DNA of 63,995 nucleotides, filler included, from Hyphochytrium catenoides (GCA_900088475.1; 6 parts of 6 records of this genome joined end to end with filler, not necessarily neighbours in it), one strand, 5' to 3'; counted from the first letter of the whole stretch, positions 1-13,070 are shown. Made by a program: numbers and translations. The notes: generated from the letters alone by a model not told the origin.

Positions 1-628
1 GAAGACCAACCTCATGCGCGTCGTCTGAGTGTTTACGTTGATTAGAACGACTACTAATCCATTCAATATCTGAGGAAGCAGTATTCTTATCTATCTACAG
101 CAATGAAGTGCGTGATAGGCGGGAGATAGTGTCCTGTCTGTACCTGGGGATTGCCTAGGGGAACGATGGCTATTAATCACTCAGAGTAAAATGCTGAAGG
201 CGGCGTGGAGAGTTCTTTTATGGATAATAGACGTAGGACCATCTGGTGACGTTGTTCCCGCATCGAAATCTCTTGAATGATGGTCACAAGTAACGAGCGA
301 CTTCAGGAACAGGAGGAGCTGAGACGGGTGCGTGAGGAGCGAGGAAACTAGAGAAAAAGAGACGTTCAGCAGGACGAAGAGAGAGGAGAAGATGAAAGTA
401 GAAGAAAGGTTTTCAATCATCTTTGTCTGTCCTCGTACTGTTTGGCTCTGACTCACAACCCATTTCGCGCTATGATTCATGGGGCTAACGACACTGGGGT
501 GCTTTCAAAGCCTAGTGTTGGTAATGTAAAGACCCATTGGTTTCTGTTGCCCATGGGCAGACTAGTCCTCAGAAAACGTATCTTCAGAATCTTTTTCAAA
601 AGCTTCTCATAGAAGAGCGGCTGTCACT

Positions 629-653
629 TCTCCTTTCTCTCTCCCTCTCTCTG

Positions 654-722
<69 letters not shown>

Positions 723-745
723 CATCTCTTTTTCTCTCTCTCTCC
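629..745. repeat. (CT)n microsatellite upstream of the peroxiredoxin gene
   Basis: Long, near-perfect CT dinucleotide run. Representative of dozens of (CT)n/(GA)n tracts in the window. Confidence 0.95.
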
Positions 746-937
746 CGCTCTGCTTTCTAGATTTCTCAGCGGCCGCTGGCAGACTTGCAGACTTCTTCTT
801 TTGTCCAGCATCACTTCCTACATTTCGTCGGTGACACTGAGACGTGTGGAGGACCAGCACACAGGCCAGGCCATTCTGCTGCTATCTGGAAAGAAGCACA
901 AGCAATTAGAGAGAGAGGCAACCAAAAGAGAGGAACA

Positions 938-1702
938 ATGCCAACAACGAGAAGCAAGGCAGCGAAGGCTGAGGAGCATGTGGAGCTCCCGGCGCAGACC
1001 AAAAAGCGAGCGGGAGATAAAGCAAAAGGGGCGATAGGAGAGCAAAAAGAGAAAGAGACGAAGAAGCCCGCCACCGAAGCGTCCAAAGCTGCAGCAGCAA
1101 AAGATGCAAAGAGCGCGAAGCAGACTACTCCTCCATCTCCCTCAAAGGCAAGCAAGGAGAAGAAGGAGGAGAAAGCACCTGTTGGCTCCGCTCCAGCTGA
1201 GGCAGCCGAAGAGGAACAAACTCCCACTACCGCGTCCGGAGTAGGGAAGAAAGCTCCCATCGGCAAGTTAACAGTGGGAAGCACTCTTCCAGATCTGGAG
1301 CTTGAGACCGACCAAGCAGAGAAGGTCAAGCTCTCGTCTCTCTACAAAGACCAAGGAATGATTATCTTTTTCTATCCCAGAGCCAACACGCCTGGCTGCA
1401 CAACCCAAGCCTGCGGCTTCAGAGATAAGAGAGAAGAAGTGGAGACAAAGGGCTATAAGATCTATGGCGCGAGTGCAGATAAGCCCACATCGCAGTCAAA
1501 CTGGAAGAAGAAGCATGATTTTGGCTTCACTCTGCTCTGCGACCCCGAGCACAAGCTAATGAAGCCGCTAGGAGTCTCCAACGAAGAGAGAATCACGCGT
1601 TCGCATATTATTGTTGAGAAAGGAGGTAAAATCAAGGAGATGAACATCAAAGTCTCTCCCATGGATAGCGTTAATGGCGCTGTTGCCTCCGTCGTAGGAT
1701 GA
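938..1702 (+). CDS. BCP/PrxQ-type peroxiredoxin (Dot5-like) with a Lys/Ala/Glu-rich N-terminal extension
   Basis: Single-exon ORF, likely starting at ATG 938 (MPTTRSKAAK). Contains FFYPRANTPGCTTQACGFRD (PxxxTxxC plus the CxxxxC resolving Cys), YGASAD, FTLLCDP and RSHIIV, all typical of BCP/PrxQ. Confidence 0.93.
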   Translation: MPTTRSKAAKAEEHVELPAQTKKRAGDKAKGAIGEQKEKETKKPATEASKAAAAKDAKSAKQTTPPSPSKASKEKKEEKAPVGSAPAEAAEEEQTPTTASGVGKKAPIGKLTVGSTLPDLELETDQAEKVKLSSLYKDQGMIIFFYPRANTPGCTTQACGFRDKREEVETKGYKIYGASADKPTSQSNWKKKHDFGFTLLCDPEHKLMKPLGVSNEERITRSHIIVEKGGKIKEMNIKVSPMDSVNGAVASVVG

Positions 1703-2455
1703 TCCTCTTCTCTTTCGTTCTCAACACCTGAGAGTCCTATCTTTCTTTTCGCTTTCCTTATCTCTCGTGGTAGGGTCACTTCATCACTCACTGCGTGTCA
1801 ATAAAGATCCATATTGCACCTTGAAGACAAGGGTTGCTTTGTAGGGAAGGGGTCCTCCCTTTCTAACTTCAAAATCTTGAGACTCTCTCTTTCTCTCTCT
1901 GATTTTTCCGTGTCTCTTCTTCTCTCTCTCTCTCTCCCTCTTCTCTTGACAGCGTCACATTATAACTGCGAGTTTTCAAGGAGCCATATCTATTGCTCTT
2001 GGAGAAGAACAGCTTTCTTGGGTAAGGAGAGAATACCGAAGGAAGGAAGAAAAGAGTGCTCGCATCTTCTTATTTGACAAGAGAATGTATGTGAAGTGAC
2101 AAGGGTCTGCATACAATATAAAGGGTGCACTTGAGACTCCACTTCTCTTTTTACAGCTAGCATCTGCTTCTTCTACCACGCGACTTGCACATCAAAACGA
2201 CCAATATGCAACGGGAGGGGCGATAGAGCACTTCTCTTTGCAATGCCTTCAGAATAAGGATTTCTTCTCTTCTCCTCGCTTCTTCCTCTTCGAGGACCGA
2301 CCTCCCCTTCTGCCTTGCTAATGTTACCAGCTGAGAGAGGAAGTGTACAGAGAGAGTCAGACCCCGAGGGTTGAAGATTTCGGGTTGCCGGTTATGATAT
2401 TTGCTCTTCTTGCGCTACTTATCATGACTCATTGCCCTTCATTAGGAGCCGGTTA

Positions 2456-5400
2456 CTAGGATTCAAAGTCCACAAGGAAAGTTTGCATCTCGGAACCATC
2501 AAACCTGAGCGCGAAAGGTGTGAGAAGGATAGATAGCGGAAAGTGGCAATCTAGCCGTCCAGCTGGAGAGCGCCATGTGGGCAGGTAAACGTAGGAGAGA
2601 GAGACACGTGGAAGGTACGTACAGCAGCCACCATCTGGGAAATCGAAAGGCAATAGTGCTAAAGGGAACAGGGAACGACTCTCTTCGTTTCTGCATCCTC
2701 TCTTCCTCTGAGAGCAGCCTTACCTCGCTAAGTATTCTGAGAAACTCTGCGTTATCACGAACTCCTCACAGAACTGTCGCCAATGCTCTGGCACTGTCTG
2801 CAAGTATTCTTCCTGCTGAAAGACCACCTGGTGATAGGATGGAGATGAGGGCTAGTGAGAAAGAGAGAAACAGAGAGAAAGAGAGAGAGACACAGAGAGC
2901 ACTCGTTCCCTGCAATAGCTGGTCAGGAGCTTGTGCCTATGGAGTGCGACAGTGGAGAAACAAAGAAAAAGACAGCCAAATAAGAGGAGCAACAAGCAAC
3001 ATCAAGCAAAGTATAGCGGCAAGTTGAGCTGAATGTTGAGCAGGTACAGGAGAAAACCCAGTGGCTACTGGCTGGGCTCAGATCCTTACAACTGGTTCAT
3101 CGCTCTCTTCCTCTTTCAGACAGAACCTAAAACGTCCTATGGTTCCAACCAACCGAGCTAGGCAACGAGCAATTACCAATCGGACTTCATTTTCAGGGAA
3201 AGCTTTAGTCGCACTATAAGGAGCAATAGCATGTTACTTTCAATAAGCAAAGCAGTGGACTACGTCCAGGGGGCTAAAGCGAAGGTGATAAGCTGTAACA
3301 AACAGACAGAAGCATCATCCAAGATCACCTCAGATAGATGCCCTTTTCGAGAGTCGACTTTGCTTTAAAAACCCAAGAGACATTAGGGGGCACCACGACG
3401 AGAAAAAGAGAGGAAGGGAGAGCCACGGAGAGAAGCGGTCAATGACATATCAAAGAATTCTCTCTTTTCTTGGACCCCGGACGACATAAACGAAAGAAAG
3501 AGGAAAGAGCCGGAAGTTTGGGGAGAGACATGAAAGGAGAGAACTAAGAGATATGGAGATCTTTTACTGGTCTGGCTGGTGCTTGAAACTGTCAATCTCT
3601 ATAATGTGTGGATGAAGCAGCCGATGGAGTTCCCGCGTCGCTTCATGAAGTAGTTCGGGCGGGAGAGGAGTAGCTGTGAGCCCTGAATATTTGGGGGAAA
3701 ACGTTAGCACGGGAAAGTCAGCACCAGTCAATACTGAAGAGGATCGGAGAGACTCCCACAGCAGAACCCCAGGGACCCAACACATTCTCCTAAGTTTGTC
3801 TCGTGCTGCGTTTAATCTCTCTTTTCCAATATGTCCGCTTTCCATCTTTCTATGTTTCAGAAGTGAGATGGGCCCTGCCGGGTATGCTAGCATTTTATTG
3901 ACTTATTCGGCTCTCTGGTTGCCTACACATTTCTGTGTCCTTTCTTCCACACCGACTTCTCCCCCATGCTCTTCGCTCTTCTTACCTTGCGTGATTCTGC
4001 TGTTCAATAAGTCTATGACGATGACGTCCGGAGGGAGAGAATCCAAGACAGAAGGGTCGAGGTCTTCCCTCTGAATGCCAAAGAGGAAAGGTGTAGGACA
4101 GTGCAAGTAGTCTATCAAAGAGTCAGGGAGAAGAGGGACAAAGATATGCAACCAAAAGAAGGGAAAGAGAAGTGAACGCAAAGCCTCCGCACAGTAGGAG
4201 AGCAAAGAGAAGAAGGGCGAGAGAAGCAGGACTTTTCTCTCCAAGAGAAGGGCCGATAGAGCTTCTAGAACCACTGGAACTGTCATAGAGTCAAATAGAA
4301 GAGAGATAGGGAAATCTGTCGCAGGTAGAGTGGCTATTGTGGACGGAAGAGCTCTCCGGCGAAAATAGCTCTCTCTCTCGATGGCATCCAATGGCCGGGA
4401 AAGCAAAGAAATAGAAGAGCGAGAGAGCCCCTTCTCCAGCTCTCCAGGAAGGCACTGAGCCACAAACTGAGACAGCCGTCGTCTCAATGTGTCTAGCGCG
4501 GGATACTTCGAGTAGATGCAAACGCCATAGGGGAGCCAGCTTGAGCCTTGGTGTACCTCTATCTCGTGCTGCTTCTCCCCCATCGCATCGCTCTCTCTTC
4601 CTCCTCCTCTCCCCACCTCATAAAGCTTATAGTAAAAGACAGCACAGACGCCGAAGAGCTCAAGTCTCACTCTGTCTCCAAGATGCGTGTTAAAGATGAC
4701 GGGCGCGGGTGCCTGAAGCGACCTACGGGAGAAAAGAAGAGGGCGTCAGGATAGACTCACGTCAGAGCTCTAGGAAATAAGCCTGAGCGGCGAGAAGGCA
4801 AAGAGACACAAGACTGCGAAACCGGAAAGCTAGATAGGGAAAAAGGGAGATCTTATGCATGCGGAACCAGGACAGAGAAGAGTGCAGAGGAGAGTCTATG
4901 CCGACCGGAATGGCTTGAGCTGTCCTCGGCTCATGGTTGGAAGAAAGAACGCCTCAAAATGTGCGGGCAGCGGTTCGTATGTAGGGTCAAGACCTTCTAA
5001 CCCATACTCCTTCACGTCTAGGGACAAAGGAAGAACATCCGCATCTGGCCATGGAGTCGTAGAGACATTCTGCAGTTGAAGCGACAGCGGGGAAGGCGAG
5101 TGCTCGAATTAGTGCGCATCTTAGGATTAGAAGACAGTTGAGAGGGCGTATGTACCCCAGCAAAAGAAAGACAGAAAAAGGCAAAGGATCAACTGAATAA
5201 GCGCAAGGAAAGAGATAGAGAAGATCCTAGTAATGGGAGCCAGCTAGTATAGAAGAGCAACGTGAGACAGGCAGCCCAAAATGTAAAACAGAACTAAAGA
5301 GAAGAGGAGACCGATAGAAAAGAAAAGAGAGATGGGCGAAAGAGAGCTTGCGTATGATGAGAAAGCTGCGTTGAGAAAATGCTCTCCTCACCACTCTAAA

Positions 5401-6094
5401 GGAGACAATATTGCAGATAAGAGCCTTCCACTCCTCCGGGCCAAAAAGTTGAAGCAGGTCATATGCTTCTCCTCTTTCTCTCATAACGCACTGGGAGCGG
5501 ACATGGAAGGGAAGTTTGGCCAATTGAAGTGCGTTGATTAAAAGGGGCTCTCTCCGGTCCACCTGAGTGCCAGAACTATCACCGCCGCTGCTCCCCTGTT
5601 TCGTTTCGTCTTGAACTTCAATCTTCTTTTGCTTGACCTTTCCGTCTGGCTCCATTGACCGTCGGAAGGCTGCATAAATCTCCGACGCAAAGAAGCTGGA
5701 CACAATGCCAAGCAGGAAGACGACGCAAACATGAATAAAGCGGAGGCAAGCTTAACAACAAGACTATAGTGAAGACAAAAACGGACGGAAAGCTACGAAG
5801 TGCGAAGGGAGATAAGACCAAGAAGCGATAAAGGACTTTATTCCTACTGCTGGGAGAGGTTCTCGGTCTCGGAAAGACGTTGGATGATCGCTGCCTGGTC
5901 TAGTAGCAATCCCTGTGCGATATCAACCAGCAGCTTGTGTGCAGTAGAGACCGAGCTTGGCTCCAAACGTTGTCTTCTTTCTCTAGTGCAATCGGCAGTT
6001 GAACCTGCTCCCAGCATCTTGCAAGATATAGCTTCTTAGTGAGTCAACACTTGGCTGTGGCTACTTTCCCAGATCCTGAACCAACAGTCAATTC

Positions 6095-6133
<39 letters not shown>

Positions 6134-6258
6134 GTCTCTCTGTCTCTCTCTCTCTCTCTGTCTCTCTCTCTCTGTCTCTCTGTGTCTCTCTCTCTCTGTC
6201 TCTCTGTGTGTCTCTCTCTCTGTCTCTCTGTCTCTCTCTCTCTCTCTGTCTCTCTGTG

Positions 6259-6297
<39 letters not shown>

Positions 6298-9200
6298 GTC
6301 TCTTTCTTTCTCTCTCTCTCTCTCTCTCCCCCTGCCGTCCTTCTAGCGCTCGCTCGCTCCCTCTATTTCACGCTCTCTCTCTCTACTTTGCTCTCTCTCT
6401 CTCCATCGCGCTCTCTCTCTGTCTCTTACTCCTTCTGAAACGTGGCTGCAATGAATCTCTACCACGACGGGCTGTATGCGCTTCTACTCACCTCCAGATG
6501 TATTGCGGTTTCGTAGCACTGCGTAATCCTTTTAAGTACGAGCTTAAACTGATACCAGAGCTGGTCCTTCTCTCCAAGCAGGCTGATGTCTTCCACACTA
6601 TTCTCCTGTTCTTTCACGATATCAATCTGTTCTGCCAAACACAATCGGGTGTACAGCGGCTTTAACTCAAACTCAACCTAGAAAAAGACATTGGGGCAAT
6701 GGGTTGGAACGGTAAGAGAGAAAAATGAAAAGGGTATAAGGCGAGTTGCAAGGTAATAACGTGAAATGGGAGAAGAACAGTGAGAGAGAAAAGCGCCATA
6801 AGCACCGTGCCAGAAGAACGGCAAAGAGAGAGTGGGCGAGATTCTGGTGGCAGCTGAACAATTGTTCCTTTTTGGCCTTTCCCATGGTCCCTCTCTGTCT
6901 ACGTCCCCATTTTCTAAGTGTTATCGGTCGAAATTTAGCGGAGCTCCGCAGCCTTCTTTCTCTCTCTGTAGCGTCTACGCTCTGCTCCGCCTCTTTCTCG
7001 CGGCACAGGTGCCCAGTCCTTACCTCCATCCACTTACTCAGCAATGCTTCTCTCCTATTTGCGCGTAGGAAGATCCAGAAAGCATTGGCCCCTTGTCTGC
7101 TGCTGAGTAGCTCGTCCAAGGCCATCGTCTCAGAAGTCTCTTGAACCATAGAACTATAGGCAGAACTGAACAGTGCGGGGGAATGTGCACGAGTCCGTGG
7201 AAAGTAAAGCGAACAATGCGTGAGATAGCGAAAAGAAGAGAGAGGAGACAGAAAGCAGGTGACAGGAGAGAAGAGGCCAACGCTTGGAGCTACACCTGGC
7301 TTTGTAGTCATTGTATCTTTTCATGACTTTCTCTTGGACGGTGCTTTCTAGATGGTCAAAGATGTCTCTCATTCGCTCCCCTCCTCTTTCTGCCAGTCCA
7401 TTGAGCGCGTCTTCTTCTTCAGGAGGTAACTGGAGAGAGAAAACGCCTGCCGGAGAAATGAACTTTTCTAGCATCACTTTGCCATAATCTACAGCGTCCT
7501 TTTCTGCAGTCGCTCGTTCCATTGTTCGCTCTTCTCTCCTTTCTAAAGCAAGGCCTGGAGGCGCCGTAGACGGAGATTGTGCCAAGTCGGTAGAAGATCG
7601 CGCTAGATGGATAGTGGTGGGGGAGACGAGGCTAATCGCGTCAACTCTCTCCCACAAAGCCCTGCAACAAATAGAAGACAAGCAAAGTGACCTTAGCGTC
7701 TGAAGAGGTACATGGGGAGCGAAGAGGAAGATAAAGGCGCCCGCTGCCTATAGATGGCAATGGATGGCAATATCACTGAAAGTGAGCAGCATACTCTGCT
7801 GTAGGAGCCGCAGCCAGCATGGGCAGGTGAGATCTTTCCCAAGAGCTAACTTAACGATGTCCCACATGAGAGAGAAAACGAGAGACTGCCAGAAGATGTC
7901 CTCAATCCTTAACAGCGAAGGCGGACAAGAGAAAGAGGAAGGGAGAGAAGTGTCTTGAAAGGTCTCAGCTTGCAACCTGTATTCCTTCAGGCTGCAAAGA
8001 AATAGGAGACAGTTGACACCGTCACCTTTCAGCCATTCCAGGAAGCGTTGCATCTTCTTTGAGTCTGCAAGCACTTCTTCGAGAGAGTACTGCCGTAGAA
8101 GAGGGCGGAGTATAGGGGAAGAGAGTGCTCTCTCTTCCTTTTCAGCTTCTAGCGGCTCCTCTGCCTCTGCCTCTTCCGTTGAGAAGGCAACCCCTTTTCG
8201 ATCAAACCAGGTTGTCATTAAGCCTCCCACATTGCCCATAAGAAAAGTCATTCCGGACCTGACATTTGAGAGCTGAGCAGATGTCTTCAGTGCATTTGAA
8301 CATGCCCAGAGTTCAAACAGGAACTACTACGGGGACAGGAAAGGGAGTGGACGGCTGCCAATTCCTTAGAGTTAACGGAATCAAGGAGAAAGAGGTAGGC
8401 GAAAAACGTGGAGAGTGCACGAGGGAGAAGAGATAGATAGACAACGATAAGTTTGAGAAGAGATGATGAAAGAAGGGAGACAAAGACAGAGTGAGCGAGA
8501 GGGCTTAAGAGAGGCAATGACCTCCCGTCTGCCAACAAATAAACGACGAGATGCCACTAGAGAAACAACTAGTCACCAGGTCGGCGGATAGGGTTGGACG
8601 GCTGACGGTGTATTTATGTCTAATGATGTCGGAGGCCACCGAACCTTCGTTGGTTCCTCCGCATTTTCGCCTTCACTCTCCGTTACTCTGCTCTGGTCCG
8701 TCCCTTCGCCCGCGGTGGCAAAAAAGAGCGAATATAGAGCTTGCGGAGTATTCGATGTCCACGTCCACGACCGTCGAGGGCCCGGCTTATCAAAGATGAG
8801 AGAAAATGAGGACGAGAGAGAAGGCGCGGCACTAAGTCACCGAGAGCAAACTATGCACGTTATTGATGAGAAAACAGAACACAAAGAGACATACAACTGC
8901 TAACTTGGCGGCAAGATTGAAAAGTAGAGCAAGACGAGCCACTTCAACGACCACACTGAGAGAGATTGGCCGCCGATGGAATACTAGACGCCAATCTGAG
9001 CATCAAAGGGCAGATGAAGATAGAGAGGAAATAGCTCTCTGCCTTACCTCCGCAGCCGTGGCGGGTTCTTCCTCTTTGCCTGCGGTTTCCGTGGGCCTCG
9101 GACTGGAGGGCGCAAACTGACTGAAGGGATGGTACGTTACCCGTGGAGTTGAGATAAATTCCAACCGAGGAGAGAGGTCACTAATTTCTTCTTGACAGCT

Positions 9201-10265
9201 GGCCCTCCTGTTTCTCTCTAGCGCCAGACTGCCATCTGCTCTGGGGGTACTCAGATAACCCGTCTTTCTTGCGTCTTCACTCCACAGGGATGAGACAGCT
9301 GCATTATGTTCTGCCAGAAGAAGCACATGAATTAACAGTGACACAAGAGCAGAGCCTATGTTCGTCGACCCTCCTTTCTCCTCTTGTGCCTCTGCTGACG
9401 GACAATTTCACGAACTTCACTAGCCCTAAAAGGTAGGAGAGCCGCTTCAAATCCTCGCGCTCACATTTACGTGGCCTCTTGCTGTTCCGGCCCGACTGTT
9501 CCTTCTTCTATACTATTTTGCCGCTGTGTCTCTCGCTTGCCATACCTTTCATGTCCTCCGGCCGCACAGGCTGGCTGGTGCTCCTGTTTCTCCTTATCGT
9601 GCTCTCAGACAGACGACGCTGAAAAGGATGCGAAGCCGGTAGGAGCGATGGGGACGAGATGGGTGAGAAAGAGAAAGGGGACAGCGTCATCTGCGGATGG
9701 AACGTGGTCCACATTGCTTGTGACTCTCTTGAGTTACTCTCAGCTCGTCCTCCTAGGCGTGATTGGAGCGGAGAAACAGAGAATAAGGTGAGTGCTAAAC
9801 ATGGAAGGAGACATAGACAGGAGCTAGTCCGAGACACACCAAGAAAGATGCTGACAAAAGACGAAGGAAGGCTTGATTTCTGCCACTGTAATCTAAAGAA
9901 GAGAGAGAACCTAGTTTTGATAGAGGTGAGACTTTCGTAGGGCGAAAGAGGAAGAGAGAGAAGAAAGAGAGAAGAAAGAAAGGAAAGGACAAAAGAAGAG
10001 AGAGTGAGAGAGTGAGAGAGAAAGAGATTGAGAGAGAGCGGAGAGAGAGAGAGAGAGAGAGAGACAGGAAGGCTAGGAGATAAAGAAGGGCAAGTTACTC
10101 ACTGGTCCTGTGCTTGTGACCCTCACCAAAGCCTGAGAAGGTTCCACTTCGCCGTCGGACTGCCTCTATGGTGCTACCAACGGCTCGAACCTCTTCGTCT
10201 TCGTGCACAATCGGCCCGTCTTGGCCGATAGCGACCGGCATGCCTCCACCTCCTGACTTGTGCAT
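2456..10265 (-). CDS. Multi-exon RGS-RGS-DENN domain protein (putative Rab GEF); 5' exons approximate
   Basis: cDENN at 3903-4670 (ALLLERKVLL..LLSYCAEALRSLLFPFFWLHIFVPLLPDSLIDYLHCPTPFLFGI). uDENN-like exons at about 4640-5075 (PLPAHFEAFFLP; FNTHLGDRVRLELFGVCAVF). dDENN exon at about 2724-2830 (FQQEEYLQTVPEHWRQFCEEFVITQSFSEYL), spliced GT-AG to RFDGSEMQTFLVDFES*. RGS-like segments at about 7950-8100 (LEEVLAD..FLEWLK..CLLFLCSLKEY), about 7300-7500 (MLEKFISPAGVFSLQLP), about 7020-7130 (LDELLSS..AFWIFLR) and about 5660-5700 (FFASEIYAAF). Candidate first exon 10265-10101 with a GTGAGT donor. Confidence 0.8.
6095..6430. repeat. Compound (CT)n/(CTGT)n microsatellite inside the RGS-DENN gene span
   Basis: About 330 nt of CT-dominated repeats. 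Confidence 0.9.
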
Positions 10266-11549
10266 ACCGTCCCTCAGTGTTTTATCTAGTTTAGGCGCCT
10301 ATAACTCTACTTTAGCTCTGCATATTCCTGCTCTCCCTTGCCAGTGTCTTTTCCTCGTGACGGGAGGCCTCTTAGCTCTCCGGTTCGGTGACTGCAGCTG
10401 TGGGAGCAATCCTCTTGGCGCCGCCCTCATGGTATCTGCGTATCTTTCTCATGGCTCCCTTGCTGTATGGCTTGTCTCTCTCCTGCAAGGCATACGAGAA
10501 GGGCTAGAAATGCGTAGGCTGAGCCTTCCTAGAGAAGTAGAGCCCATGCGCGGGGGGGCGGCATCAGCCTCCCTCAAGGTTGCGAGTATGCAAAGGTAGA
10601 AGACAGATCAAGCCTATAAACATGAAGCCAGTAAGGGGTTGACAGACAGCCCCGAGATCACCATAGACAAGGCAATGCAGTGGCCTGCGGAGCGCGGGTG
10701 GAGAAGCAGAGAGCGAGATAGGAAAGAAGTGCTGTTGGGCAGGGGCAGGCGAGGGTCCGGAGCCAGGGCTAGGAGCCAGGCGCCAGGGCCCGGAGCCAGG
10801 CGCAGGCGCTTCGTTGCTGTACAAGTAACCTTTCATCTTCCTCCCGCCCATAAAATCTTAAATAAACCTTACAAAAGAAAAAAGAACTCTATACAGGATA
10901 AAGATGAACACCCCTTTTTCTCCTCCTATAAGCGCTTGCAATGTACTGTAATCAAGACCGAGATCATCAGGCCTCCCCTATGGCTTTCCCTGCCCTCACT
11001 CAATTCAGGATTCTTCCCCACCAGATCTAGAATATTTAAATGCTGATTATACTGGTAGCCCTTTTTACAAAACAAATTGTCCTCCTTGAATTTATCAATA
11101 AAACGAGCTCCTCCTCCCATCGTCCAACGCTGTTGCCCACTCGAAGGCCGAGGAGGCAGAAGAAGCTGTTAGGCGCAGGCCCGTGCCGCGGAGCGAGTGA
11201 GGACGGAGGATCCCCCTGGCCCGGACTGCCAAGCGCATTGAAGAAGGCGCTTCGCTTCTTCCCTGAGAAAGGCAGATGAACCAGCCGCGGCAGTCGTCAG
11301 AGTGTCGATAAGACAAAGGGTTGAATGTGAGCGGACAGAAACCTAACCGTGGAAGGTTGCAGATGTGAAGGGCGCAAAAAGTTTGAGCCCCCATAGCAAA
11401 GCATGGAAGAGGAGGATGGAGAGGAGCTCAGCTTGAATGATTCTGAAAAAGCAAAGAAGCCCAATACGAGACAGCGCCCGAGCGGGCTTTCGTCCTCTCC
11501 AATTGATCCGCAAGTTGGAGCACTTCTGAGACAAGGAAGGAGCTCCTAC

Positions 11550-11649
11550 NNNNNNNNNNNNNNNNNNNNNNNNNNNNNNNNNNNNNNNNNNNNTTAATTA
11601 ATTAANNNNNNNNNNNNNNNNNNNNNNNNNNNNNNNNNNNNNNNNNNNN
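11550..11649. other. Artificial contig linker (N44-TTAATTAATTAA-N44)
   Basis: 100-nt spacer with a six-frame stop sequence, identical at five positions. Confidence 0.97.
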
Positions 11650-11689
11650 CTAGTAAAAAAAATAGAATATATATAATCTATAATTTTAT

Positions 11690-12050
11690 ACTTATTGCTA
11701 CTACTATCGCTAGTAACGGACTAATGCTAGAAGAAGAAGAAAGAGAAGAAGAAGAGGAAGAAGAAGAGAAGAAAAGCTAAAAAGCCTTAGGCTCATCCAT
11801 CATCTCAGCTCGAACCTGCTTTTTTATGGTTTACGGTTGATGTCATAACAATGAAAAACTACTACTATCACTACTAACAGACTAATTCAAGAAGAAGAAG
11901 AAAGTGAAGAAGAAGAAGAGGAAGAAGAAGAGAAGAAAAGCTAAGAAGCCTTAGGCTCTTCCATCATCTCAACTCGACCTGCTCCCTGCTCATTCATCAT
12001 CAGAAAAAGAAGAATCATAGTTGAATTCCTCAGTAATGATGATTTTGTGT
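11690..12050 (-). mobile_element. Two tandem 3'-tail fragments of the CRE-like retroelement
   Basis: Reverse complement of 12845-13070. Shares AAGCCTTAGGCTC..CATCATCTCA.CTCGA.CCTGCT and the GAAGAA-rich tail. Confidence 0.7.
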
Positions 12051-12399
12051 GTGATGATTATAAAGAAGTACTCCGTACAGCTCTCCGTACTACTTTTACT
12101 GACCACTCTTAGAAGGCTCTTACTACTACTAGAAAGCATTAGAGAGTGCTACTACAAATCTCTATGCTACCCTGCTAGTAATACCCCTACCACCTCTTAA
12201 GGCCTATACTAAAATCTCTGGACCGCGGCTCCACCACCACCTCTCCTCCGTCGTCGGATCTGCTGCTGCAGTTGTTGCTGTTGCTGTAGAACATCATCCT
12301 CGCGAATTGCCCGTGGCAAAAAAGGAAGGCGACTGCGCACCATCTGTGCATTACAGCGCTGGATATGTTTTGATATCTTCACTCATAAGCTTACTAATG

Positions 12400-12670
12400 T
12401 CTACTAAGAAGAAATAAAAGATGAAGAAAGAAGAAGGAGAAGAAGACAAAGAAGAGAAGAAGAAGAGGAAGAAGAAAAGAAAGCAGGAAGGCTATGACGC
12501 CTTGGTCTCTTCCTCCTCAACCTGATCTCCTCCACACTCATCATCAATGAAGGAAGAATCATAATTGATCTCTTCAGTAATAATAAGGGGAGAAGGAGAA
12601 GGAGGAGGATGTGAAACATCAACCATAATGTCATCCTCAGCAACTTCAAACGCCGCGAGGCAAGCAAGAG
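12400..12670 (-). mobile_element. 3'-tail fragment of the CRE-like retroelement
   Basis: Homologous to 14200-14420 (GCTAT.ACGCCTTGGTCTC..GATCTCCTCCA..CTCATCATCA..GGAAGAATCATA..TGATCTC.TCAGT.ATAATAA.GGGAGAAG). Confidence 0.72.
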
Positions 12671-12780
12671 AAGGGTTTTATTATGATAAATAAATATACA
12701 TATTCTGGTATTATTATATCTATCTTTCTACGCTTTCTTTTTCTCCTTTCTACAAAGGAACAAAAAAGTTGAGCTCGACG

Positions 12781-12843
12781 GTGTTGACATGATGGTTGCT
12801 GGCGATGACATGGTTGCTGGTGATGAGATGGTTGCTGATGGTT
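12781..12843. repeat. About 18-nt minisatellite, 3 copies (GATGGTTGCTGG.GATGA)
   Basis: Direct reading of tandem units. Confidence 0.75.
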
Positions 12844-12844
12844 C

Positions 12845-13070
12845 ACCTCTTCCTCCCTCCTCCTTCTTCTCCGCTCATCATTACTGAGGACATCAACTAT
12901 GATTCTTCTTTTACTGGTGATGAGCAGGGAGCAGGTTCGATGTGGGATGCTGGAAGAGCCTAAGGCTTCTTAGTTTTTCTTTCCTTCTTCTTCCTCTTCT
13001 TCTTCTCTTTCTTCTTCTTCTAGAATTAGTCTGTTAGTAGCGATAGTAGTAGCAATAAACATAAGAAATA
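12845..13070 (+). mobile_element. 3'-tail fragment of the CRE-like retroelement (opposite orientation)
   Basis: CCTCCTTCTTCTCC..CATTACTGAGGACATCAACTATGATTCTTC..GATGAGCAGGGAGCAGG followed by a TTC-rich tail, as in the other copies. Confidence 0.72.

Noticed and set aside
785-937. Upstream extension of the PrxQ ORF
   Set aside because: It begins at a non-ATG codon; ATG 938 is the plausible start in a eukaryote.
6039-6665. Long SLSLSL/RERERE ORFs here and throughout (for example 27196-27867, 32315-34385, 47204-48283, 52904-55970)
   Set aside because: These are translations of (CT)n/(GA)n microsatellites, which lack stop codons.
10733-10873. Solo LTR (TG..AATAAA..CA with GGAGCCAGG repeats)
   Set aside because: No second copy, primer-binding site or target-site duplication could be identified.
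11594-11605. TTAATTAATTAA as a biological palindrome or target site
   Set aside because: It is always centred in 88 Ns, so it is an assembly linker.
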